A stretch of DNA of 64,000 bases, taken from an uncultured delta proteobacterium. Its GTDB lineage: Bacteria > Desulfobacterota > Desulfuromonadia > Geobacterales > DSM-12255. Location of the stretch: assembly GCA_963787125.1 (NCBI GenBank), contig CAWBBV010000001.1, positions 288,001 to 352,000 of the forward strand. Direction: 5' to 3'. The position numbers and the translations under genes are program-made. Shown piece after piece: positions 20,480-33,475 of the stretch (position 1 is the first letter of the stretch; every line of letters starts with the position of its first letter). The notes below the pieces were generated by a model. That model did no database searches, was not told the DNA's origin, and was given only the letters and a program-made list of their open reading frames with translations.

Positions 20480-23056
20480 CTACTCTTCACTATCATCCGT
20501 TACAAGCCCAGCTTCCTGAATCTCATCGACAAGCTCGTCATCAGCACCCTCTTCCGTCTCGTCTTTTTCAGCAAGCTTGGCAACAGCAACTATCCGTTCA
20601 TCCGTCTCTGTTACCATTAGCCGTACTCCCTGAGTATTTCTGCCAATGATTGAGAAGCCGGAAACCGGGACACGGAGAATTTTACCCTGATCGCTGATCA
20701 GCATCATATCGTTCTCATCTGTTACCTGCTTGATGTCAACGACACAGCCGTTTCTGTCAGTTGTCTTGATGGTAATAACGCCTTTACCACCACGGCTCTG
20801 GGCACGATACTCCCCAAGCTCGGTTCGCTTGCCGAAACCATTTTCCGTGACCGTAAAGATTGTCGAGCCGGTCATGTCATTGACTATCTCCATGCCGATA
20901 ACAAAATCGTCATCCTCCAGTGTCATGCCACGAACGCCACGGGTAACACGTCCCTGTGGTCGCGCATCCTCTTCACGGAAACGGATGGACTTGCCATTTT
21001 TAGACGCCAGGAGCACATCCTGCTTGCCGTCAGTAAGCGCTACCTCTATCAACTTGTCGCCATCATCCAGATTTACAGCTAGGATTCCGCCTGCGCGCGG
21101 ATGAGAGTACTCCAGGAGCGGTGTCTTCTTGACGACACCCTGCCTGGTTGCCATCATGATATACCTGTCGTTAGTGAACTCCCGCACAGGCAGGATCGCT
21201 GTTACCTTCTCATCCGCTGACAGATTCAGCAGGTTAACAATCGCCTTGCCGCGCGTTGCCCGGCCACCTTCAGGCAGCTCATAAACTTTTAACCAGAAAA
21301 CTTTACCGGCATCAGTGAAAAAGAGGAGATAATCTTTGGTTGAGGCAATAAAGAGATGCTCGACAAAATCTTCATCCTTGGTCTTTATCCCCGTTTTGCC
21401 CTTGCCTCCGCGCCGCTGGGCGCGATACAGGGAGACGGCACTCCGCTTGATGTAGCCTGTATGGGTGATGTTAACGACCATGTCCTCTTCGACAATGGTA
21501 TCTTCAAGAGTAATTTCAGCTGTTTGGGCGATAATCTCGGTACGTCTTGGATCACCGAACTTCTCTTTGACTTCCAGCAGTTCATTCTTGACGATAGCAA
21601 GAATCTCCGTTTCCGAACCGAGAATTTCTTTCAATCTGGCAATAAGGCGCAGTACTTCCAGATATTCATCGATGATTTTTTCCCGCTCAAGGCCGGTAAG
21701 GCGGTGCAGACGCATGTCCAGAATTGCCTGTGCCTGAATGTCTGAAAGCCTGGTAGCGCTGCTGTAGCCTGCCGGAGCAGACAGGCCGAACTTCTCCAAC
21801 CAGGCAGTATTGGCAAATTTACCTTCAATCAAACCTTCTTTTGCCTCTGCCGGAGTCTTGGAGGCCCGGATAAGCTCAATGACCGCATCGAGCCAATCAA
21901 GAGCAATCTTCAGACCTTCGAGAATATGGGCGCGGGCTTCGGCTTTCTTCAGTTCAAAAACGATCCGCCTGGTGACAATCTCGCGGCGGTGGTCGATGAA
22001 GTGGCGTATAACCTCTTTTAGTGTCAGAACCTTGGGTCGGTTACTGACAATAGCCAGCATGATTATGCCGAACGAGGACTGCATCGTGGTCTGCTTGTAG
22101 AGCTGGTTCAGAAGAACCTGAGGATTCTCGTCTTTTTTGAGTTCAATAACGATCCGCATCCCGTCACGGTCCGACTCATCACGCAGGTCGGAGATCCCTT
22201 CGATCTTTTTCTCCCTTACCAGTTCAGCGATCTTTTCGATCAGGCGCGCCTTGTTCACCTGATAAGGGATCTCGGTAACGATAATCGACTCACGTTCGCT
22301 CTTCTTCTGCTTCTCTACCCTGGCGCGGGCGCGCATCTGAATGATGCCACGGCCGGTTCGATACGCTGAAACGATTCCATCACAACCATAAATAAAGCCG
22401 GCAGTCGGAAAATCTGGGCCAGGGATATGTGTCATCAACTCTTCGATGGTAATGGCTGGGTTATCAATAGTGGCAATAACGCCGTCAACCACTTCCCCCA
22501 GATTGTGTGGCGGGATATTGGTCGCCATACCGACAGCAATGCCGGAAGAGCCGTTGACAAGCAGATTAGGTATTTTGGCTGGAAGTACCAACGGCTCAGT
22601 CAGCGAGTCGTCATAGTTAGCCCCCATTTCGACGGTCTCTTTATCCAGATCGACGAGCATTTCGTGAGCAACTTTTGACATCCTGATTTCGGTGTAACGC
22701 ATTGCTGCGGGAGAATCACCGTCAACGGAACCGAAGTTGCCCTGGCCGTCAACCATCGGATAACGCAGGGAAAACTCCTGCGCCATCCTGACAATGGTAT
22801 CATAAGCCGCTGTATCACCATGGGGGTGGTACTTACCGATAACGTCACCGACTACACGGGCAGACTTTTTGTACGGTTTGTTATAATCGTTTCCCATGTC
22901 ATACATGGCATAGAGACAGCGCCGGTGAACCGGCTTGAAGCCGTCGCGCACATCAGGCAACGCTCGACCGATGATGACCGACATTGCATAATCCATATAG
23001 GATTTTTTCATCTCATCTTCAATATTTACCGAAATCTTGTTTGTCTGGTTGAGCAT
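20480..23056 (-). CDS. gyrA: DNA gyrase subunit A
   Basis: YHPHGD, AAMRYTE, GyrA box QRRGGKG, acidic tail. Confidence 0.98.
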   Translation of the reverse strand: MLNQTNKISVNIEDEMKKSYMDYAMSVIIGRALPDVRDGFKPVHRRCLYAMYDMGNDYNKPYKKSARVVGDVIGKYHPHGDTAAYDTIVRMAQEFSLRYPMVDGQGNFGSVDGDSPAAMRYTEIRMSKVAHEMLVDLDKETVEMGANYDDSLTEPLVLPAKIPNLLVNGSSGIAVGMATNIPPHNLGEVVDGVIATIDNPAITIEELMTHIPGPDFPTAGFIYGCDGIVSAYRTGRGIIQMRARARVEKQKKSERESIIVTEIPYQVNKARLIEKIAELVREKKIEGISDLRDESDRDGMRIVIELKKDENPQVLLNQLYKQTTMQSSFGIIMLAIVSNRPKVLTLKEVIRHFIDHRREIVTRRIVFELKKAEARAHILEGLKIALDWLDAVIELIRASKTPAEAKEGLIEGKFANTAWLEKFGLSAPAGYSSATRLSDIQAQAILDMRLHRLTGLEREKIIDEYLEVLRLIARLKEILGSETEILAIVKNELLEVKEKFGDPRRTEIIAQTAEITLEDTIVEEDMVVNITHTGYIKRSAVSLYRAQRRGGKGKTGIKTKDEDFVEHLFIASTKDYLLFFTDAGKVFWLKVYELPEGGRATRGKAIVNLLNLSADEKVTAILPVREFTNDRYIMMATRQGVVKKTPLLEYSHPRAGGILAVNLDDGDKLIEVALTDGKQDVLLASKNGKSIRFREEDARPQGRVTRGVRGMTLEDDDFVIGMEIVNDMTGSTIFTVTENGFGKRTELGEYRAQSRGGKGVITIKTTDRNGCVVDIKQVTDENDMMLISDQGKILRVPVSGFSIIGRNTQGVRLMVTETDERIVAVAKLAEKDETEEGADDELVDEIQEAGLVTDDSEE

Positions 23057-23114
23057 TGGTCCCTCTATATGCACCATCTAAATTAAAGAGCTGTTAATTT
23101 TTAGTAGTAGATAC

Positions 23115-25505
<2,391 letters not shown>

Positions 25506-26597
25506 CTAAACGATGCGACCATTTTCAACAAAAAAAACCGAATGTCCACTCCCAGAAGGAAGTGGCACTGAAGCCGGATCTGTTGTTGTTATAAATACCT
25601 GCATTTTCCTGTTAACCAAAAAATCAATAAGATGTTCGATTCTGCTGCTGTCTAATTCAGCAGTCATATCATCAAGGAGCAATAGAGGGACTCTTTCTGA
25701 TTTTCTGCTTAAATATTCAATTTCCGACATTTTGAGAGCCATAACAAAGCTTTTCTGTTGACCCTGTGATCCATGTTCTTTAATAAGTCTGCCATCTAAA
25801 AAAAACTCGAGATCGTCTCGATGCGGTCCAACTAAAGTTGTACCTCTTTCCCTCTCTAGTCGGCTTGTCCGATTCAGTTCAGTTGAAAATTTACTGCTGA
25901 GACCTTCCAGAGTGGATTCTCCGGTACAAGAGGAGTTACAATAGCATAACCTGACCTCTTCGTCACTACCAGAGATGTTTTTATAAAAGGACGAAAAAGC
26001 CGTTGCTAACTCCGTGATATAAACTGCCCGCTCAAATGCCAGTTTGGCACCAGTAGTGACTAATTGAGCAGTCCATGCTTCTATTCCCACATACTTTCGT
26101 TGTTTAAGTAGCTGATTTCGTTGTTTAAGTACTCTGAAATAATCGTGATATACCTTTAAATAACCTGCATCGCTGCTGAAAACTGCTCTATCAAGATAAC
26201 GTCTTCTCTGGTCAGGAGAACCGTTGATCATTGTTATCTCTTCAGGTGAAAAAGCTACAACTGAAAGTGTTTTACAGTAATCTAATATTCGTCCTGCGGT
26301 CTTACCATCTATTTTAAGAGCTCTAGAGCTGTTTTCAAATGAGACGGAAAGCTCATGTCCAAGCTTGTTGTCGACAATAGTACAGCCAAGATGTGATATC
26401 TGCTCATTCCAGCTGATCATATCTCTTTGCTTGGCATTTCTGAATGACTTCAGAGTTCCGAGGAAAAATATAGCTTCAAGATAATTCGTTTTACCTTGTC
26501 CATTTCTACCGTGAAATATATTAAAACTATTATCGAACTCAATAGTAGATTGCCGTATATTTCTGAACATATTTATATGTAATTTATTTAGAATCAT
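25506..26597 (-). CDS. recF: DNA replication/repair protein RecF
   Basis: GRNGQGKTN, GPHRDDL, GSQGQQK and LLLDD motifs. Confidence 0.95.
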   Translation of the reverse strand: MILNKLHINMFRNIRQSTIEFDNSFNIFHGRNGQGKTNYLEAIFFLGTLKSFRNAKQRDMISWNEQISHLGCTIVDNKLGHELSVSFENSSRALKIDGKTAGRILDYCKTLSVVAFSPEEITMINGSPDQRRRYLDRAVFSSDAGYLKVYHDYFRVLKQRNQLLKQRKYVGIEAWTAQLVTTGAKLAFERAVYITELATAFSSFYKNISGSDEEVRLCYCNSSCTGESTLEGLSSKFSTELNRTSRLERERGTTLVGPHRDDLEFFLDGRLIKEHGSQGQQKSFVMALKMSEIEYLSRKSERVPLLLLDDMTAELDSSRIEHLIDFLVNRKMQVFITTTDPASVPLPSGSGHSVFFVENGRIV

Positions 26598-26639
26598 ATC
26601 TGAACACTGATAAAAATAATGAACGACTTGCCGATAATA

Positions 26640-26684
26640 CGAAAGGTCTCTCTGACATGAGTAACTGGCTGAGAGACCTTTTCG
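26640..26684 (-). terminator. Hairpin between dnaN and recF (possible attenuating terminator or mRNA-stabilising stem)
   Basis: IR gaaaggtctctc ... gagagaccttttc. Confidence 0.5.
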
Positions 26685-26707
26685 TGTAATTCTTATATGA
26701 AGTTTTA

Positions 26708-27826
26708 CTACAGACGCATCGGCATTATTACTGCCATTAGTTCGTCAGAACCTGCCTCTTTAAGTATTGCAGGAGACATTTCATCTCTAAGAAGAAGCAC
26801 TACTTCATCTGAAGTGACTATGTTAAGAACATCTATTAGATAACGGGCATTGAATCTTGTTACTATTTTTTCACCGCTATATTGAACCTCAAACTCTTCA
26901 CGAGCTTCACCCAGTTCCGGGTTACTTGATGATATTTCCATAGAATTATCTGTTATTTCAAATTTTATCCCTTTAAATTTATCACTGGAAAGTATTGACA
27001 TTCTTTTTAGAGAATGAAGAAATATCTCTTTTTTTATTTTTATTTCTCTATTGTTTCCAACGGGCACAACCCTTGTGTAATCAGGAAATTCTCCATCTAC
27101 CAGTCTCATAACGACTGTGGTATTCCCTTTTACAAGTGCTACACTATTATCAATAAAACCTAGTCTGATACCACCATCTTCTTCATCACTCAGCCTTTTA
27201 AGTTCGACTATCCCTTTTTTTGGAAATATTACCCCTTTTTCCTGTATCTCAAAATCAGTCCCTTCAATTTTATGTTCCGAGACTGACAGTCTGTGCCCAT
27301 CGGTAGCTACCATAATCAGACTCTTAACATCTTCGTTATTGTTAATTTTAAATAGAATGCCGTTAAGATTATATTTTGTTTCATCATGACATATAGCATA
27401 AGAAGTCTGCTCAATCATTCTTGCAAGTGTTAAAGAATCAAGTGTTATAAAACCTGTTTCATTAATCTTGGGGAAAAATGGAAATTCATTTGGCGAAAGA
27501 CCAACTATATTGAATTTGGCTTTTCCGCAAACAATATCTACCCAGTCATTACTTTTTGTTGACAGTCTGATCTGCTCTTCTGGTAACTCTCTGATTATTT
27601 CATATAGTTTTTTTGCTGAGAGAGTTATGCGGCCCTCATCAATTATTTTAGCTGGGTAACTACTTTTCATGCCAACTTCAAGATCAGTTGCAGTTAACGT
27701 TAATAAATTGTTGGATGCTTCTATTAGCACATTTGAAAGTATCGGCATTGTATTGCGCCGTTCAACTATACCTTGTATTTTCTGCAGCGCTTTTACAAAA
27801 ACTTCCTTTTCTATTGTAAATTCCAT
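26708..27826 (-). CDS. dnaN: DNA polymerase III beta clamp
   Basis: ATDLE, ATDGHRL, FPDY and MPMRL motifs. Confidence 0.97.
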   Translation of the reverse strand: MEFTIEKEVFVKALQKIQGIVERRNTMPILSNVLIEASNNLLTLTATDLEVGMKSSYPAKIIDEGRITLSAKKLYEIIRELPEEQIRLSTKSNDWVDIVCGKAKFNIVGLSPNEFPFFPKINETGFITLDSLTLARMIEQTSYAICHDETKYNLNGILFKINNNEDVKSLIMVATDGHRLSVSEHKIEGTDFEIQEKGVIFPKKGIVELKRLSDEEDGGIRLGFIDNSVALVKGNTTVVMRLVDGEFPDYTRVVPVGNNREIKIKKEIFLHSLKRMSILSSDKFKGIKFEITDNSMEISSSNPELGEAREEFEVQYSGEKIVTRFNARYLIDVLNIVTSDEVVLLLRDEMSPAILKEAGSDELMAVIMPMRL

Positions 27827-28038
27827 TATGCCTCCTGCCTTATTACTATTTAAATATAAGCTTATTTAGTAGCAGTAGTAATAGGTCCTGTTGATAAGAA
27901 TTAAATGCATGTAACTATCTGATTATATTGCAATTACTCTGTTGATAAAATTGTTATATATTTTCTTGATAACTTTACTTATTAACATTCGTCTTTTTTC
28001 TTCAACAGAATATACAAGTTATTAACACTGTTTTAGTA
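27827..28038. other. oriC: Chromosomal replication origin oriC (dnaA-dnaN intergenic region)
   Basis: AT-rich; DnaA-trios TAG TAG CAG TAG TAA TAG (27867-27884) + GTCC + box TGTTGATAA (27889-27897); IHF-like site 27912-27924; further boxes at 27940, 27979, 28019; gene orientation diverges around this locus. Confidence 0.9.
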
Positions 28039-29385
28039 TCAGTTCAACAGTTTACGCTTGATAACTTCATAACTATTCAATATTTCGGGTTTATCTGCCA
28101 TTATTGCGCTTATTTTCTTCACAGCGTAAATAACTGTAGAGTGGTCTTTACCACCAAATTTCTCACCTATTTCCGGATAAGATGCCTTTGTCAGCTCTCT
28201 AGAAAGATATATCGCTATCTGCCTGGGTAAAACAAATGTTTTGTATCTTTTCTCTGATTTAAGATCAGCTACCTTTAGTTTAAAATGATCTGCAACATGT
28301 TTCTGAATAGATTCAATGCTGATTTCCCTGTTTTTATCAACTATTATATCTTTCAGGATGTCTTTGGCCATGGCAAGATTAATCTTATTTTTGGTCAGAC
28401 TAGCGTATGCTCCTATACGAATCAGCATACCTTCTATTTCTCTGATGTTACTGGCACTACTTGACCCTATTAACATCGCAACATCATCTGGAAGATCTAT
28501 TCCGTTCAATTCAGCTTTTTTCTTCAGAATTGCTACTTTAGTTTCTACATCAGGAGGTTGAATATCTGCGATCAACCCCCATTCAAACCTTGATCTTAGT
28601 CTTTCTTCCAATCCTGGAATATCTTTAGGAAACTTGTCTGATGTTATTACAATCTGTTTATGTGATTCGTAAAGAGCATTGAATGTATGAAAGAATTCAA
28701 CTTCCGTGGCTTCTCGACCGGCCATGAACTGGATGTCATCTATGAGAAGCAGATCCGCTTTTCTGAATTTAGAACGAAATTCCTCCATTTTCTTATGACG
28801 AATGCAATTTATCATTTCATTCATGAAGGTTTCAGAAGTGTAGTAACAAATCTTGGCATCCGGATTCTCGCTTAAAATTTGATTGCCGATTGCCACCATA
28901 AGATGAGTTTTACCAAGACCCGTTCCACCATAAATAAATAGCGGGTTGTATCTGTTAGCAGGTGTTTCCGCGACTGCCTGGGAGGCTGCATGGGCGAATT
29001 CATTACTTGTACCGCAGACAAAGGAATCGAACGTGTATCTTGCATTCAATGATGTAGAAAAACCCGGGCTTTTAGCTTGTTCTTTTTGAATTGGTTCTAA
29101 TGGCGTTTGTTCAGATATTATCCTGGTATTGATATCATCTATAATTACACTACCAATTCTGAGTTCAATTTCAAAACTATCGTTGGTAAGACCCGCAACA
29201 ACTTCTCTTATCAGGGCAATATATCTGTTTTTTACCTCATTTTTATGAAATTCATTCGGTACCTCAAGTATGAAAGATGAACCATAGGAATCTATGAATC
29301 TTATCGGTTTTATCCAGCTCTTGAATGCTTGAGGGGAAAGTACATGTTCTATTTTTAATTGAGCATCGTCCCAAATTTGTTTCAT
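28039..29385 (-). CDS. dnaA: Chromosomal replication initiator DnaA
   Basis: YNPLFIYGGTGLGKTHL, LLIDDIQF, GGKDHSTV; start at ATG 29385 with GGAG RBS. Confidence 0.98.
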   Translation of the reverse strand: MKQIWDDAQLKIEHVLSPQAFKSWIKPIRFIDSYGSSFILEVPNEFHKNEVKNRYIALIREVVAGLTNDSFEIELRIGSVIIDDINTRIISEQTPLEPIQKEQAKSPGFSTSLNARYTFDSFVCGTSNEFAHAASQAVAETPANRYNPLFIYGGTGLGKTHLMVAIGNQILSENPDAKICYYTSETFMNEMINCIRHKKMEEFRSKFRKADLLLIDDIQFMAGREATEVEFFHTFNALYESHKQIVITSDKFPKDIPGLEERLRSRFEWGLIADIQPPDVETKVAILKKKAELNGIDLPDDVAMLIGSSSASNIREIEGMLIRIGAYASLTKNKINLAMAKDILKDIIVDKNREISIESIQKHVADHFKLKVADLKSEKRYKTFVLPRQIAIYLSRELTKASYPEIGEKFGGKDHSTVIYAVKKISAIMADKPEILNSYEVIKRKLLN

Positions 29386-29420
29386 TGAATTAGCTCCACA
29401 GGTAAGACTGACTAATAATG

Positions 29421-29455
29421 TTATTAACAGGCTTATCAACACTTGTTGATAAGCC
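29421..29455. promoter_or_regulatory. DnaA-box cluster in dnaA leader (autoregulation, or part of a bipartite origin)
   Basis: TTATTAACA 29421-29429; palindrome ggcTTATCAACActTGTTGATAAgcc 29430-29455. Confidence 0.75.
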
Positions 29456-29520
29456 ATTGTAGTTAAATAGCCTTGATAAAACAGCTAATTACGCACATTT
29501 TATCTATTTATAGAGGGTAG

Positions 29521-29549
29521 AGACTAGCAGAGAGGTTACTTATTTGCAA
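29521..29549 (-). promoter_or_regulatory. Sigma70-type promoter of dnaA
   Basis: Minus strand TTGCAA-17 nt-TAGTCT with TGn extended -10. Confidence 0.55.
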
Positions 29550-29654
29550 GGGCATTTATCTTTGCCAAATTTAAAAAAAACATTGACAAAACAACGCTCA
29601 TATGAGTAAAAATATTAATTCGAGTACAAATTTTAGTTGAACAAGAGGATATAT

Positions 29655-29804
29655 ATGAAACGTACTTTTCAGCCAAGTAACATATCACGTAAACGTACCC
29701 ACGGTTTTCTTGTAAGAATGTCCACAAAAAATGGTCGTCTTGTCATAAAGCGTCGTCGTGCAAAGGGAAGAAAGCGGCTTTCAGTTTCTATTGCATCAAA
29801 ATAA
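29655..29804 (+). CDS. rpmH: 50S ribosomal protein L34 (49 aa; absent from ORF track)
   Basis: Manual translation [56 protein letters not shown]. Confidence 0.97.
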   Translation: MKRTFQPSNISRKRTHGFLVRMSTKNGRLVIKRRRAKGRKRLSVSIASK

Positions 29805-29822
29805 GAGTTATTGCAGTAGATA

Positions 29823-30170
29823 ATGCTCACATTTGATAAGTCAGTGCGACTCAGGAAAAGAATTGAGTTCACAACATTGGCCAAAAGCTGCAAAAAGCTG
29901 GTTTTATCGAATTTTATAATTCTGAGAGCAGATACGGAACTTTCTTATCCACGTTTAGGTATAACAGTTAGCCGTAAAGTCGGAAACTCGGTTTGTCGCA
30001 ATCGGTTAAAACGTCTTGTAAGAGAGTTTTTCAGGTCTAACAAAGAGCTATTTCATCCAGCCGACTACAATGTTATTGCTCGCAGTGGGGCAGTTAATAA
30101 CGGTTATGCTGTTTTATCTCAGGAACTTGCCAATGGAATTCGCCGAATTGGCCAGCAGAACAATCATTAA
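29823..30170 (+). CDS. rnpA: Ribonuclease P protein component
   Basis: [21 protein letters not shown] (RNR motif); synteny. Confidence 0.95.
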   Translation: MLTFDKSVRLRKRIEFTTLAKSCKKLVLSNFIILRADTELSYPRLGITVSRKVGNSVCRNRLKRLVREFFRSNKELFHPADYNVIARSGAVNNGYAVLSQELANGIRRIGQQNNH

Positions 30171-30372
30171 CTCTCTGATAGCAGTAGTTCGCTTCTATCA
30201 GAGAGTTTTATCGCCTTTCACAGGTGCCTCCTGTAGATTCTACCCATCCTGTTCTGATTATTCAATCCAAGCCCTGCAAAAATATGGTTTTTTTCGCGGT
30301 ATCCTAAAAACAGCAGTTAGACTGCTCAAGTGTCACCCATATCATCCTGGCGGTTATGATCCCGTTACTTGA
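30133..30372 (+). CDS. yidD: Membrane protein insertion efficiency factor YidD
   Basis: [10 protein letters not shown] and [13 protein letters not shown]; start uncertain (30133 or TTG 30148). Confidence 0.9.
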   Translation: MEFAELASRTIINSLIAVVRFYQRVLSPFTGASCRFYPSCSDYSIQALQKYGFFRGILKTAVRLLKCHPYHPGGYDPVT

Positions 30373-30387
30373 TACTCTGGAGATTTC

Positions 30388-31986
30388 ATGGAAAAAAGAG
30401 TTCTTATTGCAGTCGTTCTTTCTATTGCCGTTATGTATGGCTACTCATTTCTCTTTCCACCACCCAAGCATCAACAAACAGAGAATGTCACCACTCCAGT
30501 AGCTCAAACTGCTGTTGCTGGAGCCGTAAAGAGTTTGCCCGCCATTGAGCAGACTTCTTCTCTAACCGTCGGCATTCCTGTAGTTGATGCAAAAGAGGTA
30601 ACTGTAGATACGGATGTTTTCAAGGCTGTATTTAGTACTCAGGGCGCCGCTCTTAAGAAACTAGTTCTGAAAAAATATAAGGATCATGTCGGCTCAGTTG
30701 GCAAAGAGATTGTGCTAACCAATGAAACAAACTTTAATCAATCCACTCTGGTTACTGATTACCCTGGTTTTATTGGTACAACCGGCAACCAGTTTTCTGT
30801 AAACTCCGTCAATCTTTCTTTGACCGGCGCTGAATCAAAATCAATAGATTTTACCCTGATGACATCTGCTGGAGTACAAATTGTAAAAAGGTTTACATTT
30901 ACCGGTTCGGGCTACGGCATTGCTCTTGACAATATTTTACAGAACAAATCCTCTTCTCTTCAGGAAGGGAGTTTACAGACTCTGCTGCGCAACCGCTCAA
31001 TTAAGCCAAAGGAGGAGACTGGACGTTTTGAGGTTTTCGGTCCGGCAACACTTTCCGATACTGGCGTAACTTTTGATACAATTGCAGATCTTGCGAAAGC
31101 AGAAAAAAGTCATTCCAAAGCTGTCAAGTGGACAGGTTTTGCCGACAAGTATTTTCTGGATGCTGTAATTGCAAAAGATAACAGCATTAATTCTGTTACG
31201 CTTAAAGATACTAATGGTGTTCTGGAGCAGTGTATTGCCTCTTCAAAGATATCTATTGATTCGGGCAAGGAAGCCACTATTTCATATTCACTCTATTTTG
31301 GTCCTAAGGACCTTGACATCCTGAAGGCTCAAGGTAGTCGACTAGAGGAGAGTATTGATTTAGGGTGGTTTGCAATTATTGCCAAGCCACTACTTCATTC
31401 GCTCAAGCTGCTATACGGCTATCTCCATAACTACGGTCTGGCAATAATTGTTATAACGGTAATATTGAAGATTTTTTTCTTCCCGCTTACGCACAAGAGT
31501 TATAAGTCTATGAAGGAGATGCAGAAGCTTCAGCCAAAAATGCAGGAGCTTAAAGAGAAGCACAAGGATGATCGAGATGGTCTAAATCGCTCTGTAATGG
31601 AGCTTTACAAGACCCATAAGGTTAATCCGCTCGGTGGTTGCCTCCCGATGGTGGTACAAATACCCGTTTTCTTCGGTCTTTATAAAGCATTGATGTTCTC
31701 TATTGAACTGCGCCACGCCCCATTTTATTTCTGGCTTCAGGATCTCTCCGCAAAGGATCCTTATTACGTAACCCCTATTATCATGGGGGCGACAATGTTT
31801 ATTCAGCAGAAGATGACCCCTACTAATATGGATCCTGTTCAGGCCAAGATGATGCTTGCCCTGCCGGTTGTTTTCACTGCAATGTTTCTTAACTTCCCGT
31901 CAGGACTTGTTCTTTACTGGCTTGTTAATAATATTTTGACCATTGCTCAGCAGATGTATATAAACAAGACTCTCAAGGAGGCTTAA
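30388..31986 (+). CDS. yidC: Membrane protein insertase YidC
   Basis: YFGPK, NPLGGCLP, ELRHAPF and GLVLYW motifs. Confidence 0.96.
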   Translation: MEKRVLIAVVLSIAVMYGYSFLFPPPKHQQTENVTTPVAQTAVAGAVKSLPAIEQTSSLTVGIPVVDAKEVTVDTDVFKAVFSTQGAALKKLVLKKYKDHVGSVGKEIVLTNETNFNQSTLVTDYPGFIGTTGNQFSVNSVNLSLTGAESKSIDFTLMTSAGVQIVKRFTFTGSGYGIALDNILQNKSSSLQEGSLQTLLRNRSIKPKEETGRFEVFGPATLSDTGVTFDTIADLAKAEKSHSKAVKWTGFADKYFLDAVIAKDNSINSVTLKDTNGVLEQCIASSKISIDSGKEATISYSLYFGPKDLDILKAQGSRLEESIDLGWFAIIAKPLLHSLKLLYGYLHNYGLAIIVITVILKIFFFPLTHKSYKSMKEMQKLQPKMQELKEKHKDDRDGLNRSVMELYKTHKVNPLGGCLPMVVQIPVFFGLYKALMFSIELRHAPFYFWLQDLSAKDPYYVTPIIMGATMFIQQKMTPTNMDPVQAKMMLALPVVFTAMFLNFPSGLVLYWLVNNILTIAQQMYINKTLKEA

Positions 31987-31992
31987 TCGGTT

Positions 31993-33363
31993 ATGTATCT
32001 CATCGATACGATCGCCGCTGTCAGTACTCCGGTCGGAGAAGGTGGAATTGCTGTTATCCGTATCAGTGGGCCTGATTCTTTGCTGATACTTAAATCTATG
32101 TTCAGGCGAAAAAATGACGGTGGCTTTCATAGCCACCGTTTTTATTATGGCGACATAATTTCGCCGGTAACCGGCTTAAGCGTTGATGAATCTATGTGTG
32201 TGTTCATGCAGGCTCCACGCAGTTTTACCCGTGAAGACGTTGTCGAAATTCAATGTCATGGCGGCACTCTTGTAATTCAACAGATTCTTGCGCTGGTATT
32301 AGGGCAGGGGGCGCGTTTGGCTGAGCCTGGCGAATTTACCCGCCGCGCCTTTCTTAATGGTAGAATTGATCTGCTTCAAGCTGAGGCAGTGATAGATGTT
32401 ATCAGGGGTAAGACTGAAGCCGCTGTGGCCGTTGCCAGGCAACAGTCAGACGGGTCTCTTTCTGAAGCACTTTTACATATCAGGGATCTAATCAGGCATT
32501 CGCTGGCCCTAGTGGAAGCTTATGTCGACTTTCCAGATGAAGATATGGGCGAAAAGGATTCCAATCTCTTTTTGTTACAGCTTGAAAAAGCAGTTGACCT
32601 TACTGTCGCATTAATTTCCAGCTATGATGAGGGGAAGGTTTTACGTGACGGTGTTTCCGTTTTAATTGCTGGCAAACCAAATGTTGGCAAATCCAGTCTA
32701 ATGAACACACTGCTAAAGGAAAAGAGATCAATTGTTACCTCTGTTCCCGGTACTACGCGTGATCTGATTGAAGAGGTCGTTAACTTTAACGGACTTCCGG
32801 TGAAACTTCTTGATACGGCTGGGATACGAGACTCTGATGATATTGTCGAGCGCGAAGGTGTTAACCTTGCCCTTGAGAGGATTCCTTCTGCTGATCTGAT
32901 TCTTTATGTTCTTGATGCTTCACGTCCATTTGATCATAACGACAAGCTTGTCGCCGACTCTATCGCAGACTCCAAATTTCTTATCGTTCTCAATAAGGCC
33001 GACCTTCCCAGGATAATTGATTTACCAGTATCTCTTCAATCAACTGCCGCTTTAGCTATTTCAACCACTACCTTGGAAGGAATTGATAACCTCAAACAAG
33101 CTATTTCAGCTACATTTCTTCATGGCAGAGCAGTTGACAGTCGTGAGTTCGTCCTGTTAACTCGTGCCAGGCATCGGGATGTGCTTCACTCCGTTTTAAG
33201 CCTACTCAGAAAAGTTTTGGGTTCACGCAGCAACCTGTATCATGATGAACTCTCTGCGGTTGATCTTGGGGAAGCACTTGATCTGCTTGGACAGATTACC
33301 GGTGAAACTACTCCCGATGATATCCTTGATATAATCTTCGCGCAGTTCTGTGTCGGTAAATAG
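31993..33363 (+). CDS. mnmE: tRNA modification GTPase MnmE
   Basis: GKPNVGKSS, GTTRD, DTAG, C-terminal FCVGK. Confidence 0.97.
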   Translation: MYLIDTIAAVSTPVGEGGIAVIRISGPDSLLILKSMFRRKNDGGFHSHRFYYGDIISPVTGLSVDESMCVFMQAPRSFTREDVVEIQCHGGTLVIQQILALVLGQGARLAEPGEFTRRAFLNGRIDLLQAEAVIDVIRGKTEAAVAVARQQSDGSLSEALLHIRDLIRHSLALVEAYVDFPDEDMGEKDSNLFLLQLEKAVDLTVALISSYDEGKVLRDGVSVLIAGKPNVGKSSLMNTLLKEKRSIVTSVPGTTRDLIEEVVNFNGLPVKLLDTAGIRDSDDIVEREGVNLALERIPSADLILYVLDASRPFDHNDKLVADSIADSKFLIVLNKADLPRIIDLPVSLQSTAALAISTTTLEGIDNLKQAISATFLHGRAVDSREFVLLTRARHRDVLHSVLSLLRKVLGSRSNLYHDELSAVDLGEALDLLGQITGETTPDDILDIIFAQFCVGK

Positions 33364-33376
33364 CCGAGGCGTTCAA

Positions 33377-33392
33377 TGTTTCACGTGAAACA
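33377..33392. promoter_or_regulatory. parS: parS centromere site
   Basis: Perfect consensus palindrome TGTTTCACGTGAAACA in the mnmE-mnmG intergenic region. Confidence 0.95.
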
Positions 33393-33475
33393 GTTTCTTC
33401 AATTATCTGATACTATTGATATATTGGCAGCATTGTGCCGATGTTCCACCCTTATTTGTGAGTCAGGAGTGCGCA

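Noticed and set aside
29386..29457. 24-codon N-terminal extension of DnaA in the ORF track
   Set aside because: It runs through the DnaA-box palindrome; ATG 29385 has a GGAG RBS and gives a normal DnaA N-terminus.
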